A stretch of 64,000 nt of DNA from contig OX597814.1 of the NCBI GenBank assembly GCA_951406725.2, positions 4,588,001 through 4,652,000 on the forward strand, given 5' to 3'. The stretch is from Octopus vulgaris (Eukaryota). Made by a program: the position numbers and the translations under genes. This document shows, piece after piece, positions 1 through 13,570 of the stretch (the stretch's first letter is position 1; every line of letters begins with the position of its first letter). The notes under the pieces are model-generated. The model searched no databases. It was not told the DNA's origin and saw nothing but the letters and a program-made list of their open reading frames with translations.

Positions 1-87
1 ACTTTTGCAGGGACATAAACACACCAACATCAGTTGTCAAGCGATGGTGGACTTGACAAAGACAGACACGCACACACACAAATATAT

Positions 88-125
<38 letters not shown>
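1..125 (-). mobile_element. SINE family A fragment (central/3' part, cut by window edge)
   Basis: Matches reverse complement of family A body (aaacacacc..catc.gttgtcaagc) plus internal (CA)n. Confidence 0.75.
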
Positions 126-127
<2 letters not shown>

Positions 128-863
128 AAAATACAAAATGGGACAAGAACGCAAAACATCCAGACAGTTAGCTGATACGAAAAAGGGACAACAAAACATC
201 CAGATAGACAATGCAAAGAAAACAAGGATGGGTCATTCGAAGTTTTCTTCTTTCAGTCGAGTTCCAGATTATCTTTGAAATTTCTGCAGGTTATACTCGA
301 GATTGCTCCAAGGAAAACTAAGCTAAGAGCATTAGATTCCTTGGAAGAAAGCGGCGAATGTATACGAAAACAAGGACGGACAAAAACAAAACGGAGAATG
401 TTACACAAATACAAATAACAGGACATAACAACAGGTGTCTTTCGACTAAGGACGAATTAAATTAAGCTAGCGTGTGTGGAAATAAAGCCTTACGGCATGG
501 ACATAAGATTTCACAGGCACAGGGAGGATTATTGACGTTGCACGGACAACGGCCGAACCAAGAAAGAAAGATCAGGCTTGGTCGAACACCGGTCACGTGA
601 AGAGAGAAGAGAGAGAGGTAGAGGCAGAGGAACAGAAGAATTACGGAGGGGCGAGAAAAAATTTACAGGGACACAGTGAAGTGAAAAGAGGAGGGAAAGT
701 GAACCAGAAGAGAAGGCAGAGAAATGTGAGAGAGGGGAACGAAAGAACGAAGAGGGGAATGAACGAATAAGCGTGAAAGGGCTGATAGAAAGAAAGAATA
801 GAGTCGTGCAAGGTTTAGATAAATATATACTTACATATAAGAGACCAAAGTGTACGTACGCCG

Positions 864-911
<48 letters not shown>

Positions 912-1067
912 TATTATTTTCTATTTTATATTATTTTCTATTTCATACGTATACATAAATATGGAGAACATCTTTTCATTTATGCATGTTTCTTTAAATA
1001 AGCAACAACGCTCAAGATTTCTCTGTCTTATTTTATACTTTTCAAAACTTTTCTTATTAGCTTTATT

Positions 1068-1394
1068 ACAGATGGTTTGAACAGTCGAGTTCCTGAATTC
1101 ATACCTGACGTTTTTAGACCTTCACAGTCTCATTATCAGGAATTGAACTGAAGGATTTTTCGACTGTTAATATTATGAATGACCAATCAAAATTTGACTG
1201 CCACAAGCAGATCAACACGTGACTGCTGATACATGACGCAAACAGAAACATTTGGCAGGAAAGTCTACACTAATCCAATCAGTAAATAAGAAAGAATACA
1301 AAGGCCAAATATATTCAATTCCTGATAATGAGGGTGTGACGGTCTAGAGACAACGGAAATGGATTTAGGAACTCGGCTGTTTCAAAACATCTGT
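1068..1394. mobile_element. MITE-like element with ~80 bp imperfect terminal inverted repeats
   Basis: acagatggtttgaacagtcgagttcct...cattatcagggaattgaa mirrored by ttcaattcctgataatg...aggaactcggctgtttcaaaacatctgt. Confidence 0.6.
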
Positions 1395-1464
1395 GCCCCA
1401 GAATGCTGAGCCGTCTCATGACTGAAGCAAGAAAAAGATAACTGATAAAAAACATGGTAAAATA

Positions 1465-1858
1465 TCTTTATATACAAAAGAGAGGTTGTGTGCTGTCTGT
1501 CTCCTACGATTTAGATTCCTAACTACTCCCACATTTTGCGGTGCAGTTTAACCAAAACCGGGTATCTTATAGTCGTGATTCATATCGAGCCCTTCTGGGT
1601 ATTAGCGCGCGTATACGATGAGTCTACGATTAAAAAAAAAATTACCATCAATTTCTCCCATTTTTAATGCATTTTTGCCATATATAAGGGAAGTAACTCT
1701 CTAAAAATTTATTATTAAATCTCAGAACGTAAAAAGCTACAGTAACCCCCTCCTTTGTGGTTAGCCATATTGAGATGGCTATTATACTTTACATCTCTAA
1801 AAATGCTTATATAGTTATTTCCCTTACAAACCCGAGCAACGCCGGGCGATACTGCTAG
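1465..1858 (+). mobile_element. Non-autonomous Helitron-like element
   Basis: 5' TC, 3' hairpin cccgagcaacgccggg then CTAG, inserted between A and T; related to 25603-26119. Confidence 0.8.
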
Positions 1859-2199
1859 TAAAATATAAAAGGTAAAGCTTGTATATAGTCGTCTATGTGA
1901 CGAAACATGCAAATACACACATACATACATACATACATACACACTCACACATATAGTCGTGTGTGTGTGTGTGTATGAATATATGTATGTGTGTATCTAT
2001 GTATGTATGTAGACGCGCGTATATTTGGCTGCTGTGTGTATTGTCTATAAGGATGGGGGTGTGGATGTGTTTCTGGTTCGTAAAACATCTGATGTCGCCA
2101 TATTTGCTTGTATTACAATAGAGGCATTAGTGAGTCGGATGAAATACCTCGTGGTATTTGGTCTGTCTCATTGCGTTCTAAGTTCAAATTCAGCCATTG

Positions 2200-3420
2200 T
2201 TTAATTGTAGATGCGCTGTGTAACACACGTTGCTACACACCGTTCTATAATGTTACACACCACATAAGGCTGTTATACATTGTAGACACAGTGTTACACA
2301 CACTGTTACACAATGTTACATGTAGTTAAACTATGTCACATAATGTCCCACAGTGTCACACTTTGCAACAGAAAGTTAGGCATTGTAGTCACAAAGTATT
2401 ACACACACTGTTACATATATTACACAATGTTACATAATGTTACACACAAGGTCACACAATATTACACAGTGTTACACCGTGCAAGAGAATGCTCGATATT
2501 AAAGTCACATCGTTACATACACCATTACACACCGTTACACTGTTAGATAAACTGTTACATATTTGTACACAATGTTACAGAGTGTAATAGAAAACCAGAT
2601 GCTGTAGTTGCAGCGTTACATAATGTCACACAAAAGTACAAAATGTTACACAATTATAGACATCGTAGTTACACAATGTTACACTCTCTTACTCTTTACT
2701 CTTTTACTTGTTTCAGTCATTTGACTGTGGCCATGCTGGAGCACCGCCTTTAATCGAGCAACTCGACCCTGGGACTTATTCTTTGTAAGCCCAGTACTTA
2801 TTCTATCGGTCTCTTTTGCCGAACCGCTAAGTTACGGGGACATAAACACACCAGCATCGGTTGTCAAGCAATGCTAGGAGGACAAACACAGACACACAAA
2901 CATATACACACACACATATATATATATATACATATATACGACAGGCTTCTTTCAGTTTCCGTCTACCAAATCCACTCACAAGGCATTGGTCGGTCCGGGG
3001 CTATAGCAGAAGTCACTTGCCCAAGGTGCCACGCAGTGGGACTGAACCCGGAACCATGTGGTTGGTAAACAAGCTACTTACCACACAGCCACTCCTGCGC
3101 CACTGTGCAAATGTATATTAAACAACACCGTGTTACGGACACCGTTACATAATGTTTTACTGTGATGCATAGTGCCCTTGCACTATGTCATAGTGATACA
3201 TATTGTAACAAAATGCTACAGAATGTTATACCGTAACACACGCTGTTACAGAAGAATTATAAGCCAAAGTCCTTAGTGTTATGCAGCATATTATGATATA
3301 AAGTGTCCACCGAGTAACTGGAAGTAAGAGAATGTTCTACAGTGTTTCACAGTTGTTACACGATGTCACACACAGTCACATATTGTTCCAACAAAATGTT
3401 ACACACTCGGATATTTTGTT
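2200..3420. repeat. Degenerate short-unit (tgttacac-like) minisatellite interrupted by a SINE
   Basis: Dozens of tgttaca/gtcaca variants at short irregular spacing. Confidence 0.65.
2684..3101 (-). mobile_element. SINE family A, full length (tRNA-like head, internal microsatellite, gagtaaaa tail)
   Basis: Head ggcgcaggagtggctgtgtggt...ggttcagtcc (A/B-box-like); near identical to many other copies in window. Confidence 0.92.
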
Positions 3421-4449
3421 ATACACTCATGAGAGTTTATACTTCGAAAATGAACTTTACATGTAGTCTAGCAGGAGCAGCGACAACGTAAGTTACTGTA
3501 CAACCAGGGTAAATACTTCAAGTGACATTGCCCGTACAGTGAACTCACTGGTTGACATCAATCGCTTTTCTATCGTTTAGTGAAGTGGAGAAGGAAAGAC
3601 GAACGTCTTTCGTAGTTAGGACATTGATACGGTCAATGTTCGATGTCTTAAGTATGAACAAAATAAGGAAAAGATCTCAATGCCTGAAAGGAAGACATCT
3701 TGTGATGAAAGATTAGTAAACATGCTTGTGAAAGGCCTAGAGAAGTGGAGAGGGGGGGACAAACATAGAGTAGGTGATGGGAGGAAAGAGAAATCACTGT
3801 GATTTGTGTGCAATTAGCAAATTGTGAAAAGAAAAATTGAATTGTCGACGATCCTTATTTCTGTCGGCATCCATATTATGACGCCGACAGAAAAAATAAA
3901 AAGCAGATTATTATCAGTATTAATAATCGAAAATTTTCATCTTGATTTTTTGGATCTGATAATAATGGTTTAATAGCGGATTGATTGATTGTTTGTTTTT
4001 CTGTGTTTGTCTTTGTTATCGTCATACATTTTAGATAAACTTCTTCCTGAAAATAATGAATTCCTTACGTCATTGGTTCCCATTGCTAAACGGTCCTCTT
4101 CATGTCGGTGTGTCAGCGTGCGCCATTAATTAGTCATGGCAATACCACATTTAATTGCAAAAACAATGGTGCGTATGATAATGCTGACGAACCGGTCCGA
4201 GAGAAACAGCAGCACTTTGCACTGGCCATATAATCTGCAAGTCCGTGCTGTGTTTCAGCAGGCATACTGGAGCCCTGGTTTCGAATCTAGAGCAATGATA
4301 GGCAAAATGGGGCACTTTTCATTTTCTCTATGGTACATTTAATTTCATGATTATATCAGCATTACAACAACAACAACAGAGACAACAATAATGGCGCATC
4401 TGTAATAGGGTGAACGAAACCATTGCCCATGTCGTGAACGAATGCCTTA

Positions 4450-4995
4450 GACTTGTCCAAAATCACTACAAATTGTGGTGACATAATACGGCAGCGAAAG
4501 TGTTACATTGGAAACTGCAAAAAGTGGGGTTTCGAGAAAGGTAAGATGTGGTATGAGCACAAGCTGCTGAGAGTGACGGAGGTAGAGACCTGCAGAAGCC
4601 AAACAGTAACAACAAGCCATAGTAACAACAATCCGAACCTAGTGAACCACATGTGTTATATAATTGATGTTGTGTGACTATTTGACCCACGAATAGTCAA
4701 GAAATAAGGCGAAAAAAATAGATATATAGAACCCTCTCGAGTACGAAATGGCACGGCTATGGAAAATGAAGAAAGTGAAGATAGTGCCAATTATCGTAGG
4801 ATCTTTGTGGACAGTATCAGCAGACATCAAGAAGAATATAGAGGAAACCAGAAAAAATGTTTAGTAGAACTACTACAAAAGGTCTGCTTCTTTGGCATGG
4901 CCAAAATCACCAGGAAAGTATTATGTAGTTGAAGGATGTGGGTAGGAAACCCACGACGCATGCAAGACTCCAACAAAGCCTGAGTTAAAAGATAA
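4450..4995 (+). pseudogene. Decayed 3' end of R4/Dong-type non-LTR retrotransposon (RLE endonuclease region)
   Basis: Translated remnants WYEHK, IIDVV, EMARLWKMKKVKIVPIIVGSL, LLQKVCFFG; ends in (TAA)n. Confidence 0.75.
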
Positions 4996-5014
4996 TAATA
5001 ATAATAATAATAAT

Positions 5015-5237
5015 ATTTGAGAATGGCCTGGATTGACTATCGCAAAGCTCATGATACGATTCGATATATGTGGATCATCGATTGCTTAGATTTTTCAGGA
5101 ATTGCAAAGAACGTAACGTGTTTTCTGAAGAGAAGTATGGTGGGTTGGAAAACCGAGAGTTGACATCCTACGGACAAAGCTTGGCTACCCTAGGCATCGG
5201 AAGGATTTTCGAAGGCGATAGCATATCTCCGTTGCTT
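5015..5237 (+). pseudogene. R4/Dong-type RT fragment
   Basis: MAWIDYRKAHDTI...IFEGDSISPLL remnants; starts at (TAA)n, ends at N gap. Confidence 0.75.
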
Positions 5238-5337
5238 NNNNNNNNNNNNNNNNNNNNNNNNNNNNNNNNNNNNNNNNNNNNNNNNNNNNNNNNNNNNNNN
5301 NNNNNNNNNNNNNNNNNNNNNNNNNNNNNNNNNNNNN
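5238..5337. other. Assembly gap (100 N)
   Basis: Run of n. Confidence 1.
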
Positions 5338-7124
5338 AATCCAAATTTCATATCTATTTCTTTGGTAAATCCATGAACTGTCTTTAATAGTGTTTCCAGC
5401 TGTTTGTCATTTGCAGCGTATAGTTTTAGGTCATCCATATATAAAAGGTGGCTGATCGTTTTGCCGTAACATTTATATCCGCATCCAGTTCTATTTAGCA
5501 TATCAGATAGAGGTGACAGTGCTAAGCAGAAAAGGAGTGGAGAGAGCGTATCTCCCTGGAATATTCCTCTTCTAATGGGGATGTCTTTTGTTTTCATGAG
5601 TCCCTCTTTTGTTTGGAGCTGTAGGACTGTTTGCCATTTATTCATAGAGTGCTCTATGAATTTTATGATTGTTGGTGCTACTTTGTTAATGGCTAGTGTT
5701 TCGAGGATCCATGTGTGGGGGATGCTATCAAACGCCTTTTTGTAGTCAATCCAGGCCATACTGAGGCCTTTCTTCTTTCTGTGGCTGTCTTCAGTTATGG
5801 CTTTATTAATCATTAGTTGATCTTTACAGCCATATGAGCCCTTGCGGCATCCTTTCTGCTCTTCTGGGAACAGTTTGTTTTCGTCCAGGTGCTTGTTCAG
5901 CCTTTGCGATATCACTGCAGTAAATGCCTTGAACATAGTAGGGAGGCAGGTTATTGGTCTGTAGTTTTCTGGTTTTTTTGTTTCATTTGATTTGGGAATT
6001 AAGATGGTTTTCCCTTCGTGAGCCATTCCGGCATTGTCTCTGGCTCTGCTAGTACGTTGTTAAAGTTTTCAGCCAGCTTTTTGTGCATTCCTGTTAGATA
6101 TTTCAACCAGAAGTTGGGGATCTTGTCATGCCCAGGTGCCTTCCAGTTGCTTAGTCTTTGCAGTGCCTGGGTGACCTCATCAGTTGTTATGGGGGTCCAA
6201 GTTTGTTCAGATGCCGAGTTTGTTATTTTGATACTCCTTTTTTTGGTGGTTCGTTCGCCGACCATATTTCTCCCCAGAATTCTTCCAATTCTTCTGCCGT
6301 TGGTGCTGCAGTGACTTCTATTTTATTTTTGCCCAGTTCTTGGTAGAACTTTTTGGGGTCGGAGTTGAACTTTTTGTTCTGTTCAAAGAAGCGCTGGCGT
6401 TTCTCGTACCGGCGGATCCTTTGAGCTTTGGCAAGGATATCTTGCTTCAGCTTTTCTTTTATCTCCGGCAAATCTTTTTCTGTGGTGTTATATTTGCGGA
6501 GCATTTTGTTCTCTTTTTGTTGCTCAGTAGCGTTGCTTGTTTGCTGATTTCATTAAGAATCGACAGGTCTTTTCTAATTTTTTAAATTTTGTTTTGGATG
6601 TTATTTATCCACAGGGTTTGTTTGGGTGGTGGTACTCCTGTTCGGGCGGGTTTGGGTGAGTATCCAGCTTCTTTTGTGGCTGCAGTGGCTGCTGCGTATA
6701 TCAAGTCATTTAGTTCAGTGATATCACTTTTTTTTGTTTCAGTGGCTAGTTCAGTGACGGCTAGGTTTATGTTGTTTATAATTGGTGTTGTTATTGCGTT
6801 TATTTTTATTCTTGGGAGGTATGGTCGGTGGTCCATTTTGAGCTCTGTGGTTTTTAGTTCTTTGATTATTTTATTTTTTATATTATCATAATCATTAGGC
6901 TCCCCTTCGTTGTTTACATCGTGTTTGTTGGGAATGTTGCGTTTGTCTTCGTGTTTTACAGTTTCAGTGTTTATATTATTGGGCATTGTTGTGTGGCTTC
7001 TATCTACATTTTCCTGGTGTATGTTTTCTTTTAGGTGTTCTATTTCTATTTCTGATATTTTTTTTGTGTTGAGAATGTATCTTCGTACGTTAGCTAATTT
7101 ATTAGGGTTCATTGCTGTATCCAA
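5338..7124 (-). pseudogene. R4/Dong-clade non-LTR retrotransposon, N-terminal region plus RT, frameshifted; 3' part lost in gap
   Basis: ORFs 6582-7124, 6223-6504, 5999-6265, 5190-6026: NWKAPGHD, NYRPITCL, EQKGCRKGSYGCKDQL, WIDYKKAFDS, GIFQGDTLSPLLF, LLYMDDLKLYA; abuts (TAA)n. Confidence 0.9.
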
Positions 7125-7185
<61 letters not shown>

Positions 7186-7300
7186 ATTATTAATATTATT
7201 ATTAATATTATTATGTTGTTGTTGTTATTATTATTATTATTATTATCATTATTATTATTATTATTATTATTATTAATATTATTATTATTATTATGTTGTT

Positions 7301-7333
<33 letters not shown>

Positions 7334-7335
7334 CA
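7125..7335. repeat. (ATT/TAA)n microsatellite
   Basis: Direct observation. Confidence 0.98.
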
Positions 7336-7591
7336 AGTTTAATTAATATTAGACATTGGAAATATTGGCACTAGAATCAGAGAATTAGACCAGAAGCAAT
7401 CATACAAATATTTCAGAGCAGAAGAAACTAGCTGAGGCAACGACTTGGAAGAATTGTTACGGGGTTGGACAGAATGCACTTGTAATGTCAGTCGCGGTTC
7501 TCGGCGATCTGAGATCGACCAATATTAATCTCACCCTTCACCCTCTGTTGTCAATAAACGACCACTCAAGTCCCGCAGCCGATGCTTTCTG

Positions 7592-7622
<31 letters not shown>

Positions 7623-7850
7623 CGCTTACTCTGAAAAGAGTGTCAGCACAGTTATGTGCAGAGCTGGCGATATCCTCTCAAAGAATCGCAAATATGGCAC
7701 TGGACGAACGACCAATCAGCAATAAAGAACGAAACAGTAGCAAAAAGAATATCCAGGCCTAATAAAAAATACAACACAGCACGTGACAGTAAAGACAGAG
7801 AAGCACACTAATTACAAAACAATCAAACGTGTGTGTGTGTGTGTAAGTGT

Positions 7851-8073
7851 GAGCTGGCAGAAACGTTAGCACGCCGGGCGAAATGCTTTTTCGGTATTTC
7901 GTCTGCGTTACGTTCAGAGTTCAAATTCCGCCGAGGTCGACTTTGCCTTTCATCCTTTCGGGGTCGATAAATTAAGTACCAGTTACGCACTGGGGTCGAT
8001 ATAATCGACTTAATACCTATGTCTGTCCTTGTTTGTCCCCTCTGTGTTTAGCCCCTTGTGGGTAATAAAAAAT
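7851..8073 (+). mobile_element. SINE family B monomer
   Basis: gagctggcagaaacgttagc head, gagttcaaattcc B-box-like, gtcgactttgcctttcatcctttcggggtcgataaa core, ccccttgtgggtaataaa tail. Confidence 0.92.
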
Positions 8074-8102
8074 TGGTATATGTATATTTATATATATATA
8101 TA

Positions 8103-8375
8103 AGCTTGTGTTTCAAGGACCAACAGCTCTTTAGTATCCTTCCAAAATGCCTGGGAGACCTACATGGTATGGACGTGTCTTTAAAACAAAACTAGATCTC
8201 TTCCTGTCAAGGGTTCCAGACGAGCCCACCCCACGGCAGGAAACACAGATGAGGACAGCAGCATCAAACTCCCTCATTCACCAAATGCCACATATCAGAA
8301 GAAGTTTCAAATAATGGTATAGCTCAGTCAACGGTGGTGCCCCAGCATGACCGCAGTTTTGAAGCTGAAATATCT
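8103..8375 (+). pseudogene. 3' end of CR1-group LINE (ORF2 C-terminus plus 3' UTR)
   Basis: FKTKLDLFLSRVPDEP...AASNSLIHQ...stop, then ggtgccccagcatgaccgcag tail; clade assignment from motif recall only. Confidence 0.7.
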
Positions 8376-8985
8376 TTAAATAATTTAAATATATGTGTAT
8401 AATATATATAAATATATATGTGTATCTATATGTATATATATACTTATATTTCTCCCCTGCACCATTTTCTAAATGTCTATCTCCCTCCCCCTCTTTCTCC
8501 TGTTCTCTCTCGTTGCTCACACGTGACCATCGTACATCTTTCTTTTCCTCACGTAATCATCTTTCTTTTTTCAGGACTGTCCTGGGGACTGGACGTATCT
8601 TACCTCTCTCTCCTATCTTTTATCTTGTCAAAGAAAATACGTCTCCAGCGTTCACCATTTTCCTCTCGTTCTGGTCTTAACGACTCTCCATGCTTGTTTT
8701 CGTTCGGTTTCCTTGTATGTCTACACTATCCTGTTTTTGTTCCCAACTTTGACCCTCCATAAATCCCAAATTTTAGTTTCGTACTTAGGGGAGCAACTGT
8801 CTTCGAAGACTCATATTGTCGTTCAATGTTCGAAATGAGGAGTATACAGACAACCGACAACAGACGAAGGGTTGTTCTTTATGTTACTTATCCTGTTTTC
8901 CATTTGTTACTCTCCTTGTTTGCGTATTGAACTCATTTGTTTTCGTATTTGTTTAGTGTTGGTGACCTCCTGTACCCATATATGC

Positions 8986-9034
<49 letters not shown>

Positions 9035-9036
<2 letters not shown>

Positions 9037-9205
9037 CGCAGGAGTGACTGTGTGGTAAGTAGCTTGCTAACCAACCACATGATTGCGGGTTCAGTCCCAC
9101 TGCGTGGCATCTTGGGCAAGTGTCTTCTGCTATAGCCCCGGGCCGACCAATGCCTTGTGAGTGGATTTGGTAGACGGAAACTGAAAGAAGCCTGTCGTAT
9201 ATATG

Positions 9206-9236
<31 letters not shown>

Positions 9237-9448
9237 TTGTGTGTCTGTGTTTGTCCCCCTAGCATTGCTTGACAACCGATGCTGATGTGTTTACGTCCCT
9301 GTAACATTAGTGGTTCGGCAAAAGAGACCGATAGAATAAGTACTGGTCTTACAAAGAATAAGTCCCGGGGTCGATTTGCTCGACTAAAGGCGGTGCTCCA
9401 GCATGGCCGCAGTCAAATGACTGAAACAAGTAAAAGAGTAAAAGAGTA
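9035..9448 (+). mobile_element. SINE family A, full length
   Basis: Head to gagtaaaagagta tail; follows (TA)n. Confidence 0.93.
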
Positions 9449-9696
9449 TACATATACATACATACACCAGTACTCATACACACACGCACATGTATATAAA
9501 AGTGATATACGCTTATTTATTGTTTCTGCAGTCGCATGTTGGAGATTCTATACTTTACGATCCACTTATGGCGGAGGTATTGTTATCGTCATTAATTAAA
9601 TTTATTTTCAATTTCTTATTGAGTCCATTCCACATTCAGGTGGCATTCTTTCTCATCAATTCAGACGTGCATCTGAAGCAGCCATGTATCTTTTTG

Positions 9697-9698
<2 letters not shown>

Positions 9699-9735
<37 letters not shown>

Positions 9736-9862
9736 TACACAAACACACACATGCACACATACACACATGCACACACACACACACACACAAACACATAAAC
9801 ACATACACATACACACATGCACACACACACACACATGCACACACACACAAACACACACACAA

Positions 9863-9895
<33 letters not shown>

Positions 9896-10110
9896 CACAT
9901 ACACACACACACACAAACACATACATGCACACAAACACACACACACACAAACACACAAACACACACACGCACACACACACACATCCATCTACCCATATAT
10001 TTGTGCATAAATACATACATTAATACACATATATATTCATATATAAGCAATATACACAATATATACAATATATATGTGTGTGTGTGTATGTGTGTGTGTG
10101 TGTGTGTGTA
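9699..10110. repeat. Long imperfect (CA)n/(TG)n microsatellite
   Basis: Direct observation. Confidence 0.97.
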
Positions 10111-10293
10111 TTTACACATTATTACCTATATTGTTGAATTCTTCCATTTTCAATGAAACGAGAAAATAATCAGAGTTCTGCAATTCTGTCACAAGTGTTC
10201 TCTACATCGACGTAGAGTGGTTGCATTTCTTTAAAACAAGGACTTCTTGACAAATTCTGTTACCGCTAATTTTGTAAGTGTATGTCTTTGTTT

Positions 10294-10324
<31 letters not shown>

Positions 10325-10533
10325 CACACACACACACACTCATACACACACACACAAATATATTCATACGTAACCTCTAACAAAATTAGTTCAGCTTGAG
10401 TTTACTTTTCGATAGAACTTGCTAAAGAGTCGCTGTTATATATATAAGTACTAAATAAACCACAAATACATGTGTGTGTGTGTGTGCGCGCGCGTATGTG
10501 TGTGTGCGTATGTGTGTGTGCGTACATGTGTGT

Positions 10534-10640
10534 AAAGTAATCCCTCGCCATACCGCGGTTCACCTATCGCGGTTCACCTATCGCGGTTTATTATTTAAGC
10601 TTACGCCAATTCCTCTGTGGAGTTGTTTTGCATTTATAAT
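10534..10640 (+). mobile_element. pogo/Tigger-like MITE terminal fragment
   Basis: a.agtaatccctcgccataccgcggttcacctatcgcgg resembles Tigger-type TIRs; no partner TIR found. Confidence 0.4.
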
Positions 10641-10683
10641 AAAATAAATTCCTACAAATTATAGAAATAATAAGAAAAAATAT

Positions 10684-10845
10684 AGGTGTAGGAATGGCTG
10701 TGTGGTAAGTAGCTTGCTTACCAACCACGTTGTTCTAGGTTCAGTTCCACAGCGTAGCACCTTGAGCAAGTGTTATATACTATAGCCTCCGGCAAATCAA
10801 AGCCTTGTGAGTGGATTTGGTAGACAGAAACTGAAAGAAGCCCAT
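10684..10845 (+). mobile_element. SINE family A, diverged 5' half
   Basis: Head and body up to internal microsatellite. Confidence 0.85.
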
Positions 10846-10858
10846 CAATTATATATGT

Positions 10859-10899
<41 letters not shown>

Positions 10900-11091
10900 C
10901 AAGATAAGAAAATGGAGAAATACATCTAAATCAAATATCAACTACCAGATAATACTCAATCACATACTTTATTAAACTACCACATAAGAGACTGTAGGGT
11001 TAAATATAAAAAGCAGAACAAACCAGTGTACAGTATATTGGATATATGTTATCCCATAGAGGGTTGCATTTACAACCCCTATCTCAATTTG

Positions 11092-11122
<31 letters not shown>

Positions 11123-11714
11123 CTGTGTGTCTGTTTGTATCCCCAACATCTCAAACTTGGGTGATCACAATATTAAACACTATAAGCACGAATGCGCAGA
11201 AGGCAGAATGTCAATGATAAACGTATGTTATGGCGAAAGTGCGGATAACTTTTGACTTCCCTTCATATATATAATCAAATGAACAACAACAGACGATGGA
11301 TAATTGTCGGCTCATTACAGCCGCTTCTTCCGCATCTTTTTAATCGAAGAATGAGAACATTGCTACATTATTAAAAACCGTAACCATCAGATGAAACATA
11401 ATTTTACAAACAAAAGAATGTCCCAAGAATACAGCGGGGATGTGGCTGAAGTCTGTCGAGGCTTACCACGAAATGAGAGAGTAACCAAAAGGTGGCCGTT
11501 GAGGTTAAGAATAATATATCCAAGGTCAGCGACCCGGGTGAGACAAGAGTCTTCTAGACTGGTTCTTATATATAATGGACTCTCCCATCGTTAGATGACA
11601 TATGAGGGTTCTAGAATTTCTAACTGAACAACCACACAGATGATTTGTTTATAGAGATCAAATGTTTTGTGTAGACAAAAGCTCACTCCCTCCATCAGAT
11701 CGACATTACCTGGA

Positions 11715-11878
11715 CAGGTGCAACTGGGTGCCACATGTCAGGTGTCGAAATGATCGCAAAGCAACGTGAAATGAAGTGCTTTGTACAAGAGCACAAAGCA
11801 ACGCCCGGTCTGGGAATAGAAACCACGGATTCGCAGTCGAGAGTGCAACACTCTAACCACTAAGCCATGCGCCTTCCA
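11715..11878 (-). mobile_element. SINE C-related head fragment
   Basis: rc ggaaggcgcatggcttagtggttag...ttcccagaccgggcgttg. Confidence 0.65.
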
Positions 11879-11884
11879 GAGATT

Positions 11885-12380
<496 letters not shown>

Positions 12381-12382
12381 TT

Positions 12383-12514
12383 ATTTATTTTATAGAAGGA
12401 GCTTCTACAGGACTAGAACTGTTTCATTCAAATGAAATCATCAGGAAGCTTCCTGATGATTTCATTTGAATGAAACAGTTCTAGTCCTGTAGAAGCTCCT
12501 TCTATAAAATAAAT
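12383..12514. repeat. Perfect 132 bp palindrome containing hammerhead core boxes (Penelope-like fold-back)
   Basis: Centre aag|ctt at 12448/12449; CTGATGA at 12453, GAAAC at 12472. Confidence 0.9.
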
Positions 12515-12579
12515 TAATTTACTCTGCTATGTATTGAGTTCCTTATTTACTGTGGTTAACCCCGACTCAACCCGGGACC

Positions 12580-12651
<72 letters not shown>

Positions 12652-12931
12652 ATCCAAACATGAAAACACAAAGAGAATATATATATACACACACACGAGC
12701 GATGGAAGTACCGAATGGCAATCTTTATATCGAACCTGGGCATATTTTAAGAATGCCATTTTACTTCGGTATTCACCATGAGAAAGCATCTCCTGTAGAC
12801 GTTTAGTACTAAAAAGCTCAGAAATATCCGCAGCGCACAAAAACATGTCCAGCACCGCCCTACCTTCCACCGCCGCCGCTGCTGGACAGCTTTGCGTCCC
12901 GTGTTGATGCTCTGTGCTTTTTAGCACTAAG

Positions 12932-12983
<52 letters not shown>

Positions 12984-12994
12984 ACACATATAAA

Positions 12995-13222
12995 GGCGGC
13001 GAGCTGGCAGAACCGTTAGCACGTCGGGCGAAATGCGTAGCCGTATTTCGTCTACCGTTATGTTCCGAGTTCAAATTCCGCCGAGGTCGACTTTGCCTTT
13101 CATCCTTTCGGGGTCGATAAATTAAGTTCTAGTTACGCACTAGGGTCGATATAATCGACTTAAATTCGTTTGTCTGTTCTTGTTTGTCCCCTCTATGTTA
13201 GCCCCTTGTGGGTAGTAAAGAA

Positions 13223-13223
<1 letters not shown>
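12995..13223 (+). mobile_element. SINE family B monomer
   Basis: ggcggcgagctggcag head to gggtagtaaagaaa tail. Confidence 0.92.
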
Positions 13224-13292
<69 letters not shown>

Positions 13293-13570
13293 AATAATGT
13301 GGAATAATTATCAATAACACCAAGTAGTCTTCGGCATGTAAAAGCCGGATAACCATATTATTACGGATAACCATATTTTATCTCAGTAGATGACCACAGC
13401 ATCTTGTTTTGGCTACACGCGGGTGGGAAGGGGCTGGTGACACAATCTTTTCATTCACACATTGAATTTGGTGATACTAGTTGCGGATTCTAGCTCGCTC
13501 TGATACTGAGTTGAGTTGATGCCTTCTAGTATCTCAAAATTCAATATATAATCATTTATGATTATAGTAT

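Noticed and set aside
2861-3121. Recurrent ORFs RQASFSFRLPNPLTR and SEFKFRRGRLCLSSFRGR suggesting a gene family
   Set aside because: Incidental frames of SINE A and SINE B copies
3420-4330. Possible decayed DNA-transposon coding sequence
   Set aside because: Only vague motif resemblance; not supportable without tBLASTx
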